A stretch of 63,298 nt of DNA, filler included, from Folioceros fuciformis (Eukaryota), in the NCBI GenBank assembly GCA_049999805.1. It is 17 parts of 17 records of this genome, joined end to end, with 100 filler letters (N's around TTAATTAATTAA, not from the genome) between each part and the next. Parts side by side here need not be neighbours in the genome. Positions count along the whole stretch, not along the records: positions 26,509 to 28,918 come from JBNGIO010001417.1; positions 29,019 to 33,111 come from JBNGIO010001418.1; positions 33,212 to 36,155 come from JBNGIO010001419.1; positions 36,256 to 42,479 come from JBNGIO010001420.1; 13 more parts are not named here. One strand, given 5' to 3'. The notes under the pieces are model-generated. The model did not search any database and had not been told where the DNA came from. It worked only from the letters and a program-made list of their open reading frames with translations. Positions 26,509 to 37,748 of this stretch are shown here, piece by piece. A program made the position numbers and the translations under genes. Position 1 is the first letter of the stretch. Each line of letters begins with the position of its first letter.

Positions 26509-27031
26509 CATGTTTAGATACCCACTTCATCAAGACACCACTCTCTTCTCGGCTATTACCCTCAAACCTATTCAACTCCTCTAGTTTTTTAACACAAAAG
26601 TTGCTGAACTTTTCTTGCTTCATGAAAGGTTAGGAAGCATGTTTAGATACCCACTTCATCAAGATACCACTCAACTTCAAACACACTTAAGGAATTGCAT
26701 TCTCATATTCTCGACATAAACTTTTCAAGTTTATCATCACTTCACTCGATAATTTATGCATATGTTTCAATGAGTGAGCCTCAATGATCTTCATGTGTGA
26801 AACTACATGTATGATATCTTTGAAAGTTTCAATTTGCTTTTCCATTTTCAAGTTCAAAATACTTTCAACTATGGTCTTCTTGCTTTTAAATTTATCGACA
26901 TATGTAATTATAACCAATAATTTTGGTTTCACTACACCTCCGTGTTTGACATTAGACGCATTAAATGATAACCAATATGACAATTGTTGTTCAAACTCTA
27001 GACTCATCTTTACAATATCAATAGACATCAT
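26509..27031 (-). pseudogene. TORNADO1-like ROC-COR (Roco GTPase) fragment
   Basis: QLSYWLSF.ASN...KPKLLVIITYVDK...LMKWVSKH..PFM...FSNFC parallels TRN1 (LEYWLRFIVSN..KPNVTIVLTHSEK...W..EN..KPIM...FADLC); in-frame stops. Confidence 0.7.
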
Positions 27032-27613
27032 CTGACCTGATGTATGACATTAGCCATACCCAGTAGTAGAACTGCATCCAGTCGGTTGAGAACGAGAGTG
27101 CTGTTGAGAACGAGAGTGTCCTGCTCACCCCATTTGGACTACTGTCAGTGCCAGGTGACAAACTGGAAACCAGCACCACCACCAAGCTACTGCAATGACA
27201 AAGAATGTTGTAAGCAATGCCATAAACAGCAAAAAAGGGAAGAGCACCAACGGTCAGAACACCTGATATGCACCTCGAGGCAAGGGCAATTGTGTTCTCC
27301 TCTCGTGCTGTTTCCTCCACCCAAGTGGCCACACTTTGCACTATGGTGTGGAGGTTCATGACCTCCCACAGCTTGCCTACTGCGTCTGTGCGTACATTAG
27401 CAACCGAATGGATGTGGGATTTCCCCATCCCCTGCTGGGTTCCGTTCAAGCTGTCTTCTTGTTTCACATCCACCTGAAGTGGGCATCTGGGTGATTGCTT
27501 GTTACTTGCTACCTCAAGCGGAGGAACCATGCCTCGTCCTAGGCCAAGCGAAGGGGTCGTATACATGATGTGTCCTTGCCCTCGATGCAAAGATCGATCC
27601 ACCCCGCCCACTT

Positions 27614-27651
27614 TTCGCACCAACACTGCCTCCTAGCAGTGTTGGTGCGAA
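27614..27651. mobile_element. Back-to-back 15-bp inverted termini (CAGTGTTGGTGCGAA) separated by 8 bp; hAT-like
   Basis: TTCGCACCAACACTG-CCTCCTAG-CAGTGTTGGTGCGAA. Confidence 0.55.
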
Positions 27652-27813
27652 TCAATAGTTTGATTTTTTATTTTAAGCGACAACAATCTTAAGGTGGTTG
27701 CTCATCAATTCCCTTCCACAACCTTGAATAGTAGGCTCTATTTAAGAGGGTGTGTTAGGCTAAAACCATGTTAGATTTCTAAGTTCTAAATTGATTAACA
27801 ATTAAAGGTATAG

Positions 27814-28326
27814 CATTCAATTACAAGTTAAATAAACAATGGTGTGACAGTACATGAATTTTGTATGTGAGAGACTAACTAATAAGATTTATTGTAATAA
27901 TCATAAATGAAGATATGCAAAATAGTTCTTAGCTAGTGTTGTCTATGGCCTGGGACATCACAATGGCCACACCTCTCAAGAGGACCCACATAGGTGTGTC
28001 AGGAGAATATGCTTTCTCATCACCTCGGCTAAAAATGTTCTCTCGTCGTGCTATGGTTCCATAGAGCCCATAGCTAGTGCCCGATGTTTCTACTTTAAAA
28101 TGATCATTCAATTACAAGTTAAATAAACAATGGTGTGACAGTACATGAATTTTGTATGTGAGAGACTAACTAATAAGATTTATTGTAATAATCATAAATG
28201 AAGATATGCAAAATAGTTCTTAGCTAGTTTTGTCTATGGCCTGGGAGACATCACAATGGCCACACCTCTCAAGAGCACCCACATAGGTGTGTCATAGTGC
28301 CCGATGTTTCTACTTTAAAATGATCA
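27814..28326. repeat. Tandem duplication, period 291 bp; second copy has an internal deletion
   Basis: CATTCAATTACAAG... at 27814 and 28105. Confidence 0.95.
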
Positions 28327-28534
28327 ACTACATATGGTAAAAATTAAAATGACACTTTTACTTGTAATCTCTACTCCATATGAATTGCAAACATTGGAAT
28401 GACACTTCACTTCTAGTCTCTACTCCACATGAACTCATAACCGAGTGGGAACTATTTGTCTACACACTTAGAGTACTTGTCCCTTTGGCGTTTGGCCATG
28501 CTCGGGTTGTTCTTCCCATCTTTGGAGTAAATGA

Positions 28535-28835
28535 GACTTTCCATTTCTTTTTCAATGATAAAAAATAATCTCCCTTTGACATTGCATGAGGATGTATTTT
28601 CGTTTCTTTCAAGTAGATTGGGATTTTCTATTTCTTTTTCAATGATAAAAAATAATCTCCCTTCGACGTTGCATGAGGATGTATTTTCGTTTCTTTCGAG
28701 TAGATTGGGACTTTCCATTTCTTTTTTAATGATAAAAAATAATCTCCCTTCGACGTCGCATAGGATGTATTTTTATTTCTTTCGAGTAGATTGGGACTTT
28801 CCATTTCTTTTTCAATGATAAGAAATAATCTTCCT
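28535..28835. repeat. ~87-bp tandem repeat x3.5
   Basis: GACTTTCCATTTCTTTTTCAATGATAAAAAATAATCTCCC... units. Confidence 0.93.
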
Positions 28836-29254
28836 TCCGTGATTGCATTAGTTTGGACGAGGATTCTGGTATTTTGTTTTGGATTGCATTAGTGTTTCAA
28901 AGTGTTTTTTTTTCTCACNNNNNNNNNNNNNNNNNNNNNNNNNNNNNNNNNNNNNNNNNNNNTTAATTAATTAANNNNNNNNNNNNNNNNNNNNNNNNNN
29001 NNNNNNNNNNNNNNNNNNCTATTGGCTTTACCCCGCACCTGTAGTTTTAGAACTTGGAAGCTTCCCTGTAATTGATTTGAGCATCTGGTACAAGGTAACA
29101 CGCACAAGTGACCATCTAGTTCCTGTCCACGGGGTTGTCTGAATCGGAGGTTCGGAAGTTACCACGTACTAAAGCAATGTTTATAATGAAAGTTTCGAAG
29201 AGAACCGAAGTCTCGCAACATGTTGGGTCTTTCCTACGTCCTGATGGAGAACAC

Positions 29255-29746
29255 GTGTATTGTTTGACTGAAGATGGGGGAGACAGACAAGCTATAGTTA
29301 ACTATCGCTGGCCACCTAACACCCGCCAGCTGTGGAAGTGTGAGGCCACAAGCCATGCAAAAGCTCTCAAAACCTGACCTCCTGCTTGCGAAGAGCCAAA
29401 CGTACCAAATGACGAGGGTGGAGTCTGGATTTTGGCTGCTGCTGGCTGCAACTATTGCTCTGCTGTTGCTCTCTGTTCCTCCTGGTAAGACCCGACTTGA
29501 CAGATTGTGTATTGTTTGACTGGAGATGGGGGAGACAGACAAGCTATAGTTAACTATCGCTGGCCACCTAACACCCGCGAGCTGTGGAAGTGAGGCCACA
29601 AGCCATGCAAAAGCGCTCAAAACCTGACCTCCTGCTTGCAAAGAGCCAAACGTGCCAAATGACGAGGGTGGAGTCTGGATTCTGGCTGCTGCTGGCTGCA
29701 ACTATTGCTCTGCTGTTGCTCTCTGTTCCTGGTAAGACCCGACTTG
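29255..29746 (+). repeat. ~250-bp tandem duplication of the promoter and signal-peptide exon of the GDSL gene
   Basis: Copies at 29255-29499 and 29507-29746, each with an ATG (29409, 29659) and a G|GTAAG donor. Confidence 0.93.
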
Positions 29747-32022
29747 TGGCGAGTCGGAGATTTCCATCACAGTTTTGGTATGAAGTTGTGTTTCCCGTTA
29801 ACTTGCCTGAATACTGAACCATGTGAGGCACCACTAATTCAGCTGCGGCAATCCCTACGAAGCCAGCAGCAATCTTCGTACTTGGTGACTCCTACGCGGA
29901 CACTGGGAACAGCAATGAGACCAGTCCGGTCCAAAACTACAACTGGGAGTATCCCTATGGCATGACATGGCCCGGGCATCCAACAGGCCGCTATTCCAAC
30001 GGCAAGGTCTCCACAGACTACTTAGGTAACGAGTCTGTGTCGTTTGCAGAATCATGCTTGAAAGTTCACAAAGCTGCTGTAAATTGTCGAAAAGCTTAAG
30101 GCTTCTCTTTCCGCTATGTCGATGTAATCTAAAGCCTCATCACCCATTCTCCTTGTTGCTCTGTGTCCGTGCTTGTAATCGTAGCTGAGTTGATCAGGCT
30201 TCCTCGCCCGAGGGCCTATCAATCCATAGGACGCAGGTCCAACCCAGGGGGCTTCCGTCAGGGCATCAACTTCGCCGTGGGAGGAGCAGGCGTGTTCCGG
30301 TACAACGACACCCTCTCTATCTCCCACCAGGTGTCCCAGCTGAAGAGGGTCGTGAGGCAGCATCGCAATCTGTTCGACCTTCCGCGGTCTTTGGTTTTCC
30401 TCTTCGTCAGCGGCAATGACTATCTGCACCGCAAGGCCAAAGATCCGTCTGCAACACAGGCAGTAAGTGTTTGTCCCAACCCTGCTCACGACGCCATGCG
30501 CCGAAGTCGATTTTTTCATGTACGCACGCAGGCCTTGGAATTGAGGGATCTCACCAATGCGATGCGATGCGATGCGATGCGATGCGATGCGATGCGATGC
30601 GATGCGATGCCATGGTTCAGGAATCGAGCGCCTTCGTAGACAGAGTGGTGGCACGAATCGGAGACAACGTGGTGGCCCTCCACCATCTCGGGTTCCGCTA
30701 CTTCGCGCTGGGAAACTTGCAGCCAATCGAATGCCTTCCGATATTCAATCCACAGGGCTACACTACCTGCAACCAAACCGTGCGGCAGCTGAGCTCCTAC
30801 CACAACCAGCAGCTGCTCAACACCATAGCGCAACTCCGGACGGGGCTTCCAGGCTCCGAGATCGTGGAGCTGGATCTGCACAAGGCTTTCAGCTACGTCA
30901 TCCAGTACCCGCGCTGGTTCGGTAATGAAGCCCTCTCACAGCTCCCTATCGTCAAGCGCATGCCATGCAATCCAAGCTTTTACTGGATGCACGTGGCGCC
31001 TTGTTCTGCATGTATCGCGCCTGGTTCCGTTTCTTTGAGGATCACTTCATTTCAATCTTGTTTCACACCAGATCTGGTTGCCTTGTTGTTGTGAATTGTA
31101 ATACCTTGCAGGAATCAAGCATCCGCTAGGATCCTGCTGCCAGCCCGTGAACCAGTCGTACTCTTGCGGGGAGTACGATGCCAACAACCAGCCTCTCTTC
31201 ACAGTTTGCGCAAACCCTGAGGAGTGGTCCTTCTGGGACTCATTCCACCCTACATCGTCGTGCTGGGGATCCGCGACCGCACTCTTGTTCTCCGGCTTCA
31301 ACGTCACGGACCCGACGCCCAACCTCCTGTACTGGCTCAACACGCTCGACCTTGGCGCCCCTCCTCCCAGATCCTCCTTCACCCGAGGTAATCCTTCCTC
31401 TTCACTCCATCCCTTCCACAATGTTGTTGAGCTGCATCCGAGCCGAGCCGAGCCGAGCCGAGCCGAGGCAGCTCATACTAATAAGCCACCTCTTCTGCCC
31501 GCGCTCCGTCCAGCCGAATACATCGCCCTCGCGTCGACTCTCCTGGAGACAGTGAACAGGACCGGAGACTACCCGCAGCTGTGGCGCCTGGAGCAAGACA
31601 ACTCCGCCACCATAGCCGCCCTGGTGTACAAGAACAGCAACCAGCTCCCACCCGGCATGCTCGACCGGCTGTGGCCGGTGACAGTGTTCCTACCGACAGA
31701 GGCCGCGGTGCAGCGGGACCTGGGGACGGAGTTCCTCCTGGGAACGCAGTTCCTGACCGTGGCCACAGAGATCGCTCTCCAGCATGTGGTGTACGGCGCT
31801 TGGCCCTTGTCGCGGCTCACTGCCAGCCACGGCCAGTGGTTGGAGACGCTGGCAGGATACAGCTTGCAGGTTGTGGTCCGCCATGGCGTGGTTTACCTCT
31901 CGAGTGGCACGGGCAGAGGATTGGTTCTGCTGGCTCGCCCTGATGTCTTCGTTGCTCCAGGCGTCGGGGTGGTTCACCAGACCGCGTCCCTCCTCCTCCC
32001 TCCCCGCTTATATTTCCCTTAG
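29659..32022 (+). CDS. Secreted GDSL/SGNH esterase with C-terminal fasciclin (FAS1) domain; approximate exons 29659-29731, 29843-30025, 30185-30463, 30621-30921, 31112-32022
   Basis: Signal peptide; FVLGDSYADTGN, GRYSNG, GINFAVGGAG, SGND, FWDSFHP; then VTVFLPTEAA, LQHVV, LETLAG, VVHQTASLLLPP. Confidence 0.88.
30557..30611. repeat. (GCGAT)n intronic microsatellite
   Basis: Seen directly. Confidence 0.95.
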
Positions 32023-32106
32023 CCCACGGGGCTCGGACGAAATGGGGAGTCCTGTAGGGCTTATCTCTATTTTAGCTATTGCTCTTGCCAGGAATGCGTA
32101 ACTGAT

Positions 32107-32146
<40 letters not shown>

Positions 32147-32700
32147 TCCTTTCACATTTCTCACCCACAAACCTTGCGATGCAAAAATCTCATAAATTTG
32201 TCTGCAGCTTTACTCATGTTTTGATGAGCAGTTATTTGGCCGCGGATCAAAAATCATGTCCAATTTTATAATTTAGTTTAATTATTTATTGTTAATTTCT
32301 ACGTGGAAATAACAAATTTCCAATTTTTTCTTCTGAGGAAATTATAACACCAAAACTTACAGATATTATTATCATTTTTTTTTCAAAAGTATCTTAAAAA
32401 TATCAATATTTTTTAATAATTAAAAATAAATTAATTCTGACTTATTTATGGCAAATTATAAAATATTTCAGATATGGTCATATTATTTGATAGAAAACTA
32501 TGATTTTTTTTTTAAATTTTATTCAAACTTTGTGGCTCAATATTGAGGTCTACCTATCATGCATTATTCACCCTATTTCATGGAACCCATAATTGATTCA
32601 AGCTATGGGTATGGATTATAGATTCACTACATTCCAAGAAAAAGGAATCATATTTTTTTAGTTTATTTTTCTAAAAAATCATTTATTACACATGTGAGTT

Positions 32701-33047
32701 ATGGCAGTAGATACAGGTAACGTGCACTCCATTCACACAGCAGAAGATTGGCATGCAAAACTAAAAGAAGCTGCACAAATTCATAGAATTGTAAGTAATT
32801 TATTTCTAAAATGCACATAAATGGCTTCTACAAAATAATTTTAGAGGATTTACAATTTTTAAAGAATACTAGAGCCCAAAATATCCCACCCACTAAACTA
32901 TATCGTAAAATTCCTTGTGAACAGATTGTGGTAGATTTTACTGCCACTTGGTGCGGTCCATGTAAATTTATGGCTCCCTATTTTGTTGAGCTTTCAAAGA
33001 AATTTCCCGAAATTATTTTCTTGAAAGTTGATGTAGATGAGCTCAAT
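32701..33047 (+). CDS. Thioredoxin h-type; exons 32701-32790 and 32925-33047, third exon lost in gap
   Basis: [17 protein letters not shown]...; [15 protein letters not shown]...FLKVDVDEL. Confidence 0.93.
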
Positions 33048-34472
33048 GTGAGTGAACAAAGTTTTTGAGTTTGTATCCTTGTAGTCTAAAGTAAGAACTA
33101 GGCTACACTATNNNNNNNNNNNNNNNNNNNNNNNNNNNNNNNNNNNNNNNNNNNNTTAATTAATTAANNNNNNNNNNNNNNNNNNNNNNNNNNNNNNNNN
33201 NNNNNNNNNNNTGCCTCAAGGCGCCCACGCCACTCCTGGCGAGGATTCGGATTTGCCTTCCCAACCGCCACCGGCTGCAGCCGGTGAGCCGCCACTTGTC
33301 GCCGCGCCGCCCCCCGGCTCTCTCAGCCACAAGCCCGGGATCCGGACCTGTGTCCCGAGCCTGTCTCGACGTGGCCTCTCTACCGCCCACCTCTTCCCGG
33401 ACGTGGCCCCTACATGGCGCTCCCGTATCGATGCCGCAGCCTCGGCGCGACAGGGGCTCGGCCACGTCGCCAGCGGGGGACTCGGCGCCACATGCTCACG
33501 CCCCGGGCCTGCTTCCCACACGCCGCTCCAGGTCCAGCTCCGGTTCGAATTTTGAAACCTCGGGGTAGTAGGGCGTTGGAGCGTTCCCGAGGGCGGCACG
33601 GGCCGCGCCAGGTGGGTCGGAATTCAGAGAGCGAGGTGGTTCGGAGTCAAAGGTCGGGGCCTGGCTGGCGCATTGAATGGGCAGTCCCCGCGGCACGGGA
33701 AGCAGCTCCCTGGCCGTTACGCGCCCCGAGTCGCGACTTGTCAGCGCGCCGAACCAGGTTTTGGCTGACCGCGGCTCGGGACTCACAGGTTCCAACCACG
33801 CGTTAACCCAACATGACAGCCAGTCACGACAGGCGGATTCTTCCGTGCAACTTTCTGTGGTGACCTTTGCTCCCGCGCAGTCTCGGCCGCACCGATTTTT
33901 TCCTTCCTGCTCGCACTTTTTGGTCCCCACCGCTTATCGGAGTGGTGTGCGTCTGCGTACCTTTACCGCAGCTTGATCTTTTCCCTACTTCTCTGCCGCA
34001 TCAGCTCTCGTTTCGATCTGTGCTCGCCCTCGACTCGACTCCCCCTTCGTTCCTCGTACTTGGGCTCGTCTTCTGTGGTGGTGTTTCTTTAAGGGAGTGG
34101 AAGGCGTGAGGTGAGTGAGGGACAGGAAGGAAGGAAGAAATTGGAGGGCGACGAACTGTCTCTTGCAAGACCTGCCCTGTCGCAAAAATTTCTTTCAGCC
34201 GGAAGGTTGTGCGTGGGATCTCGCTTGCTTCAGTTTCCAGGGAGCTCAGCAGCAAAGCCGAACCAGAGAAGCGGTTCGCGCAGCTTCTTCATTCGGCTGG
34301 GCCAGGTCTTGGGTTTAGCAGGTCTTGGTGTGTGGGGTGTGGAGTTGACGGATCTGGAGTTGGAGCCCGCCGTGTCCTTCAAGGTTTCACGAACGGGGGC
34401 GTCGTTGAATGCCAGTGGCCTACGAGAGGCATGTCCGTCACGGAAAGTTAGGCGAGTCCAGCTTGAGAGCAA

Positions 34473-35678
34473 ATGGAACGACTCGAGGTGGCGGAGGGAA
34501 ATGCCCGTGTCAGGGTCTGTCAGGGGAGGCCTTGTGAGCTCTGTGGGTTGGAGGCCGTGGTCTTGTGTTCGGCTGATCAAGCTTACCTCTGCTGGAACTG
34601 TGACGCTGCGGTTCATGGAGCCAATTTTCTTGTAGCGCGGCACACGCGGTCTATTCTGTGCCAGATCTGCAGCGGTGTGACGCTCGGAGTTGCGACAGGG
34701 GATCATCCTAAGCACACAAACTGTCTCTGTCCTGGCTGCGACCCTGCGGAAATTGCTATGGCCCCAGGTACCCCCGATGCTGATGGAGAACAGCTTAGTC
34801 AACAGCAATGCTTGGGCCAAACCCGTGCAGCGTCCCCGGCCTCTGAACAAGGGGAGACGTGTGGTGACACGCGGTGCTGTGAGCAGAGCGAGAGGGAGGG
34901 AGGTAGTCGAGCGCGGAAGAGGAAATATCGAACTCAATCGAAACAGAAATTGCGACATGGTTCACCGCAGAGCGTGCTTAGTTGCCCGCGGTCACCTAGC
35001 ATCGGTACTGTGGAACAAGCTCACGTCAACGAGCAGCCTTCGGCATTGGTGAGTTTCAACTGCCCACCCTTTGTTGTTCACGACCTTCGTGTTTATGGTT
35101 AGCGTCCGCAGCGAAAGTTGTCAGGCTGGAGTGTTCTCATGTTGTTCGCTATCCATCTGACTGTCCGCATGTTCCTTCTTCCTGTATCTCAGAAGGTAAA
35201 GGGTTCTCAGGAAAGCTTGTTTGCGCCAGAGGAAGCCAGTTGTTCATATCCTCCAGTGTACGGGTCTGCCCCGCCGAAGAGACGACGATGTCATAAGCCT
35301 TCCGTGAGGAGACTACTGGAACGTGTGCAAGAGCAGGGTGCGTTCATGGAGGATGGCAGGATTGAAAGAGTTCTCATCAGGTGGCATTGGAATCTGGGCT
35401 TTAGCAGCACCCGAGTAATCACAATTGCCCTGCGAATATTCAGACGGGCAGCCCGCGCGTTACATCTGTCTCAGCTCACGGGCGATATTACTCGGCACAT
35501 GTTAGCTGCCTGCCTCTGGTTGGCTGCCAAGTTAGATGATGAGCAATCCGTCATCCCGCGAGCCACGGAGATGGGAAACTGCACGGGTGTATCGTCAAGA
35601 AGACTGGTGGCAGCAGAGTTGCAACTGCTTCAGCTTCTAGATTGCAGAGTGCTGGACGGGATTTTGAGTTTCTGTTGA
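34473..35678 (+). CDS. B-box zinc-finger protein, BBX32-like; exons 34473-35048 and 35193-35678
   Basis: CELC...C.AD.AYLCWNCDAAVHGANFLVARH; C-terminal W..NLGF, MLAACLW and TGVS...AAE match the BBX32 tail; phase-0 GT-AG intron. Confidence 0.85.
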
Positions 35679-36255
35679 TCTCTACGGGAAAATTATATTT
35701 GCAAAGGGCTTCACTATTTTGCTCAGCTGGAGCTCCAGTTTTGTAACTAACATCAGAAGTAGCGCAAGTCTGTCCCGATATTATAGGTGTAGTCGTGGCT
35801 CTTGTCCGTCCTTCACTATTACTTTGTAACCACTGTACATGATTCTTTTCCACAAACGACGAGCACAAAGTGGACCTGACGTGTATCTTCCTTAACCACA
35901 CCTCTACTTTTGGGCGAAGTAAAATGCGACGTCACACAAAATATCCAGCGTTCTGTGTACATGAGAGAAATCATTCGGATCAGAAAAAATCAAGATATGA
36001 TGATGAAATTTTACTACCTCTCTACTATATGACTAGACCTGGGCTTATCACGACATGACTATGAAGGAAGACGAGATATTTTCGCATGCAACCCTGGATT
36101 GACAGCCAATTGTAAGATAAGCGCCAGCGCGTGGAATGAACATATGGCAACCTCCNNNNNNNNNNNNNNNNNNNNNNNNNNNNNNNNNNNNNNNNNNNNT
36201 TAATTAATTAANNNNNNNNNNNNNNNNNNNNNNNNNNNNNNNNNNNNNNNNNNNN

Positions 36256-37498
36256 TCAGGGGGCCCGTGGTGGGGATCACCGGGAGCGTGGGGAAGACCA
36301 CGGCCCGGGCCATGACGGCGCTGGCGCTGGAGACCTTGGGGCATGTGCATCAGACGGAGGGGAATTTGAACAACAGGATCGGGGTTCCTCTGACTTTGCT
36401 CAAGATGCCTGCCTGCTCCCGGGCCTGCGTGCTGGAGCTCGGCATGAACCACAGCTTGGAGATCCTGGAGCTGGCTAGGATCTCACGGCCTTCTGTCCGG
36501 GTGCTGCTCAATGTGGGGCCCGCGCATCTGGAGAACTTTGGGTGCCTGCAGGATGTGGCTGAGGCCAAGGGGGAGATCATGCGGGAGGCTGGGGTGGGGG
36601 ATGTGTGCGTGTTGAATGCGGATGACCCCTTGGTCATGGCGCTGCCGGTGCCCGAGGGAGTGACAAGAGTAGGATCTTTTGTGATGGATGGATGGATGTG
36701 TGATTTGAGGGAGAGGGGGAAGTGTGTGTTGCTGGTTTTCTGAGCTGCTGGGATCATCGCTTGCAGGTCTTGTTTGGGACGAAAGAAGGATGCCATGTGC
36801 GGCTGGTTAGTACAGAGGCTGCAAGAGGAGGGCTCGGGTCCAGGGTCGTGCTGGAACATTACGGACATGGAAACGACAAGCTGATATCAAGAGTGGAGAT
36901 GGAGATTTTCAGTCCTGGTCCGCACCTGGCTGTCAACGCTTGTGCTGCTGCTGCTGTGGCTACCAGTCTGGGTGTGCCGCTGGCTGCTGCAGTGGAGTCC
37001 ATAAGTTCCAAGTACTGTCCTGTCGGGATGCGATCCAGGCTTGAGTCGGAGGAGGCGGGAGTGGTGATCATAAACGATGCCTACAATGCCAACCCAATGA
37101 GCATGGTTAACGCATTGAGAATGCTGCACTCGATGGATGTGCCTCATCGAACCGGACGCAGGATTGCGATTTTAGGGGACATGAGGGAACTTGGAAAGGA
37201 CTCACCTTCCGCCCACGCTCGCATTGTCGAGATGGCAGTGCTAGAGACCAAGGTGGATGTTCTCTATCTTGTTGGTTCTGCGTTCCGAAATGCTGCAGAA
37301 GCTTTGAATCTATTGCACCAGTCGCGTCAGGTGTTTGCGTGGTCCACCGCGGAAGACCTCGCCTCGGAGGTCGTGGAAAGGCTGGATGCTGCACCGGGGG
37401 ACGTGGTACTGGTCAAGGGCAGCCGGGGACTGAAGATGGAGGTGATTGTGGAAGTTATTAAGAGCAGCTCCCGCACTCCACCCGCCTCTCGAACATGA
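36256..37498 (+). CDS. murF: UDP-MurNAc-tripeptide:D-Ala-D-Ala ligase (plastid peptidoglycan); 5' truncated; intron 36669-36766
   Basis: GITGSVGKTT, NLNNRIGVPLTL, ELGMNH, NDAYNANP, ILGDMRELG, LVKGSRG. Confidence 0.95.
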
Positions 37499-37748
37499 AA
37501 TTTATCATCTCTACCACAACTATAACCAGTACACTCCCATCACAGGGTCGCACCTTGCAGGAACTGAGATGCTTGGCACCGTGCATGATGGGGGGAACAA
37601 TGGAACGATCTCAGGAGCACGTCACTGTCTGAAAGTAGCCATTTGTCTGGTTGCCACATCGGCATCTCTTATGGGGTCCTGAGAGCTGCGAACGTCAGTG
37701 CCTTCGTAAACGTGGCTTGGTCATCTTCGGGACAAGGTCCTCTTCACC

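Noticed and set aside
28535-28835. 87-bp repeats as a CRISPR array or repeat protein
   Set aside because: Whole units are conserved with no spacers; the ORFs are by-products of the repeat
30052-30726. ORFs with IASHR/DAMRC repeats
   Set aside because: Translations of an intronic (GCGAT)n microsatellite and antisense shadows
33212-34400. Overlapping GC-rich ORFs and a tRNA-like GGTTC motif
   Set aside because: No recognisable motifs or cloverleaf; long ORFs are expected at this GC content
36256-37498. MurF as bacterial contamination
   Set aside because: Has a spliceosomal intron and is contiguous with eukaryotic genes
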